A DNA stretch of 64,000 nt from Fimicolochytrium jonesii (Eukaryota). Shown one piece after another: positions 60,427 to 64,000 of this stretch (the stretch's first letter is position 1; every line of letters starts with the position of its first letter). The DNA is taken from contig NW_026515692.1 of the NCBI RefSeq assembly GCF_025526975.1, forward strand, positions 372,001 through 436,000. The letters are read 5' to 3'. The translations under genes and the position numbers were made by a program. The notes beneath the pieces are model-generated. The model saw only the letters and a list, made by a program, of their open reading frames with translations, did no database searches and had not been told where the DNA came from.

Positions 60427-63400
60427 TTATTCCTGTTCTCTCGACGCAATCTCCTTCCAGTGGGGATCACGGCTCATAAAGTCGTCGAGTTGTTTCGCGC
60501 TAAGCCTTTGATGCGTTTCGATTATGTTTGCCTGCATCGTCGTACAGTCTGTGCAAAACTCGCTCGGCTCTACTGTCTGCCTGTCGCATCGTTGTTTAGG
60601 CTTATTTAATTGGTGGCATTTGCCGCAGCTTGTGCCATCCGCAATCAGTGGCTGACCACAGACATTTTTTTGCTCCCTTACAAATTCTGGAGTAAGGAGG
60701 GAAGGAAGGAAATGAGTCAACGCAATCACGACCTGTGGGCTAAAATACACGTAAAAGCTTACTTGGCTTTACACTACATGTTTCCGGCTCGACATGAGCG
60801 GCTGCTGCACAATCATTGTCTTGGGCACTTGAACGACTCGCTCCAGCTCCAGTATCCTGATCTAACTGTTCCTCGTCATACTGCCGAGAGGCGAACACTT
60901 CTTCCGCGATACGGCTGTGTTTCTTACGGAGCTCATTAGGAGGCACGGAGGTCCAGTCCGAAGTGTCTCCAAGAATAAATTGGGTTGCCCACTCAAGAGC
61001 ATAGGGTCCACAACTGTTAGCGTCCGTTTGTTTCGGGATGAGCTTAGACGCTGTGACAGTGTCGATTGGGGGACACGGTATTGCAGTCACGGTGTCTTGA
61101 GTGACCACACGTTTGACCACCTTTTCCACCTCGTCGATGTGGGCTCCTTGATGGAAGGAGTCCGCAAATTCCCATCTCCACTCCTGAGCAGACATTTTGC
61201 TTGCGGTATAGACGACCCAGTGGTTTTTACCGCGGTTGAAGGGAGCCACGATTCTTTTGGTTTCGTCGTCAATGATACGGAAGCCTCCATCAAGGCTATC
61301 GACAACTGACAAATCCTCGTGGTTCGCTTTGGCGTGGTTCAAAAGATAGTAGAAGCAGGTGTCGTTGTACCACTCGGCTCGAAGGCGTTGTACCATGTCT
61401 TCATAAGATGTCTTGCTGATGCGATCAATGGACGCTGTACGTTGTGGTTTCCCCATTTTCGATAAAGATCGTTTTGGTGTGGAAGCCGAGGCGAAAAGCC
61501 TTTTTCCTTTAAGCGCCGGAGTCCTAGGGGTTGGGTACGGGTTGAGCTTACGGTCCCGAGTTGGAGGTGTCCCAGTGAACGGGGTCGACGCCACGGGCGA
61601 TCGGGCGACTTGTTCATCGACAGGCGAAGCAATAACTTCCTCCGCAAATGTCGGGAGGGTCACACTGTTCCATTTCGTCCATTCTGCCGGCGATACGCTT
61701 TTGCTGCGTCGGATTCTCCGCAGGACTGCGTTCCAGGTACGTGCAGTGATTTGCAAAACGCCTTTCTTTGACAAGAATTCTAACCCATCAGATTCAAAGT
61801 TGAAAAGCAAGATTCCCTTTCCGATTGCGTCGACCAAATCCCTGAATCGCTTCCCTGCATTCACTTGTCGGCGAAAGACCTTGGTGTTTTTGGGGATGAT
61901 GCCTTCCCTCGTCATCCAGGTAAGAACTGCGTTCGTGAATTTGCCGTCATCTTTGATTATCGTGTAAGGTCCGGACGTTCTGCGAATCAGTACCTCGCGC
62001 ATCCCGTAGTCTACGCATCTGTCGTACGCGTTTGCAAGAGCAACTGCACAGACATATGACTGAAAAATGGCAATATCTCTGTGCAAAAGTTACAATGAGT
62101 GACTTTTCTTTGTCAATGTGGTATTATCGAAGCAATTTACCTGTTTCCGGTGCATTTCTCCATTCTGTGCCATGCGACGGTCAGAGCTTTGTCGGCAGTT
62201 TCTTCGGGAGCACTCAGATCGATTTCCATAAGATCAGTATGTTCCAGACCTTTACTGGTTAAAAAATATGTCGGATGTAAGCTCTGTGTTCCCCTGAATT
62301 TACCGGTAGTAATGCCTGTGTAGAAGCCACCCATTACCTAACCAGCGTGACACACTCTTCTAACTCGGCAGCTGTTATCTCTTCCAATTTCTCCAACAAC
62401 CTCGTGATGAATGTGTCTTTACTCGAAAATGTTTCGTCATCTGATGAAGGGGGTGTCCCACGGGGTGTCCCATTGCGCGAACGGGTCCCCGTTTTCGAGG
62501 GTTTTGTGACGTGGTTTATGCTTTGCTTGCGCTTTTTTTTGCGCTTCTTTGCTGGACGGTGTGCCTTGTTGTCATCATGTTTTGGTATCTTTCTCTTGTC
62601 ACCAGTTGTTTCGGTGTCGTCCGTTTCTTCGCCCGATTCCTCGTCTTCGTCCGAGTTCCTCTCCGTTTCCGTGGCGTCCTTCCCTTCCCCACATTCCTCG
62701 TCTTTGTCTGAGTTCCTCTCCGAGGCGTCTTCGGTGTCCAAGTTCACGTTTGGTGCAAGAGGTGCTGCACCCTCTTCCGACTTGTCCCTAGTTTTTTCTT
62801 CTGGGTCCGAGCTGATTGTTGCTACGCGCTCGTACACTTGAACTCTCCGTTCGTCGGCGTGATCCTCTGTCGTATACTTTGCAAGACTCGTTTTATCAAC
62901 AGATGACCTAGTAAAAGGTGTGGACTTTAGACGTTTTTAAGCTTATGGCTCCAGAAAGCGACAGACTTTACCGCACGCTTCTTTCCATCACTAAGCGGGT
63001 TACACCTTTCTGTGCCAGGATCGCCACGAATAGTCCTATGACAGACGTCAAGGGTTCTTCAAACGTCACGTCTTGCAGTGGAAAGTAATGGACAACAGTG
63101 CCAGTTGTAAGCGATTCCAGGGTTCCGTTTATTTTTGTATAGACTGGCGGCGCTGTGCCTTGTATCCATCCGCGCATGGTCTCGTGTATTGTCCTCATAA
63201 CCTCGTTCCTGTCGTCTTCAAGATTAGGTATATCATCGAGAGAATAAAGGTCGGAAACTGTTTTTCGGATGAGGTGGTGGGCATCATCTTTTCCAGAGTT
63301 GCCGATAAATCGCAAGAGGTCCTCAAATGACTTCAGGAGACTGAGCACAGGTTCTCCGGCGCTGCCCATACGCGCCCGCTCGTAGCCTGTCAAGAACTTG

Positions 63401-63606
63401 AGCAGTCTGATGCTCAGAGTGTCTGCGGTCCATAGTGCTTTCCCGGCGTCGTCGCTTCCTTTTTTTTGAAGAAACCTAATGGACGTCGGGTCGCCACGAT
63501 AAGAATCGCGGAAATCTTCCAGTTGTTCGAGGGAGATGTGTTCTTTGTTGAGGAGCGCTTCTAGCTCATTCAACATTGCGATATCTGAATTGTCTGCACC
63601 GTCCAT
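60427..63606 (-). CDS. Large multi-exon Ulp1/C48 cysteine protease; exons 63606-62972, 62907-62338, 62254-62141, 62078-60763, 60686-60427 (at least 964 aa)
   Basis: Four GT-AG introns join five ORFs in frame. WYNDTC, NHWV, FADSF and KQTDANSCGPY give the His-Asp-Cys triad plus oxyanion Gln. Cys-rich tail; further 5' exons are possible. Confidence 0.82.
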
Positions 63607-64000
63607 ATCTTGTTACTGGTCCGAAATGGGAAAAGGGGGTGTAAGCGTCTTTGTGTTGTTTCCGACAGCCTGTGGTATAAGTGCACCGAAGCGGAGAGTT
63701 GTCCATTTTGCTGACTAAGCAGATGAGGATGACTCAGCACAGACACTCGGGTGCTGGAGGTTCCTAAAGCTATACTGTTCTGCAAACTTATCACAGGTCT
63801 TTCAGTGAGCACGGAGGGGGATACTCGTTTTGCCCTACTAACATCCCGCTTGTTACCATCGCGTATTCCAATCGCACAGGGGGCGACAGCGCACTTGCCA
63901 AAAGGTACTTGCCGCGGCGGAAAAACCTAGACAACAGACTCGGATTTGACGAAAGGTCCTTTTACAGATTGTGGAGTTGATCACTGTATCTCTTTCAGTT

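Larger units (their letters stand above)
44066..64000. mobile_element. Large virus-like/PLV-related integrated element (right boundary outside the window)
   Basis: Tyrosine recombinase at the left edge, TVpol-D5 helicase, Ulp1 protease, GIY-YIG, RING and small intronless ORFs, AT-rich spacers and repeat arrays; no housekeeping genes. Confidence 0.65.

Noticed and set aside
47600..64000. Major capsid protein or packaging ATPase
   Set aside because: No ORF shows jelly-roll-like size and composition or A32/FtsK motifs; such genes may lie beyond the window.

Overview
Eukaryotic DNA with short GT-AG introns and fungal-type genes; a zoosporic/early-diverging fungus is my inference. All family calls are from motif recognition by eye, not database searches. 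1-21.4 kb is mostly ordinary host genes: a VCX1-type Ca2+/H+ antiporter, a BCS1-like AAA ATPase, a RAD5/HLTF-like SNF2 helicase and a GPI-anchored alpha/beta hydrolase. 21.7-41.7 kb is a decaying accessory region. It holds an ankyrin pseudogene, a CRN-type PD-(D/E)xK nuclease, NCLDV-like fragments, an IS607-TnpB/Fanzor2 remnant, a hairpin cluster, a pair resembling the prokaryotic DUF4258-DUF2283 toxin-antitoxin module, and toxin-like and TET/JBP-like pseudogenes. A Ty1/copia element starting at 41778 breaks off after its protease exactly at a (TTAGGG)3TTAG tract (44066-44087). Beyond that lies a more AT-rich, virus-like block of at least 20 kb that runs off the window. It encodes an in-frame 5-intron OLV11-like tyrosine recombinase, a TVpol-D5/SF3 primase-helicase, a multi-exon Ulp1 protease, a SIAH-like RING E3, a T5orf172/GIY-YIG nuclease and a CRESS-virus Rep helicase domain, plus several iteron-like repeat arrays; no capsid gene is recognisable. 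This intron-bearing, Polinton-like-virus-related, cargo-carrying element is the best candidate for an undescribed system.
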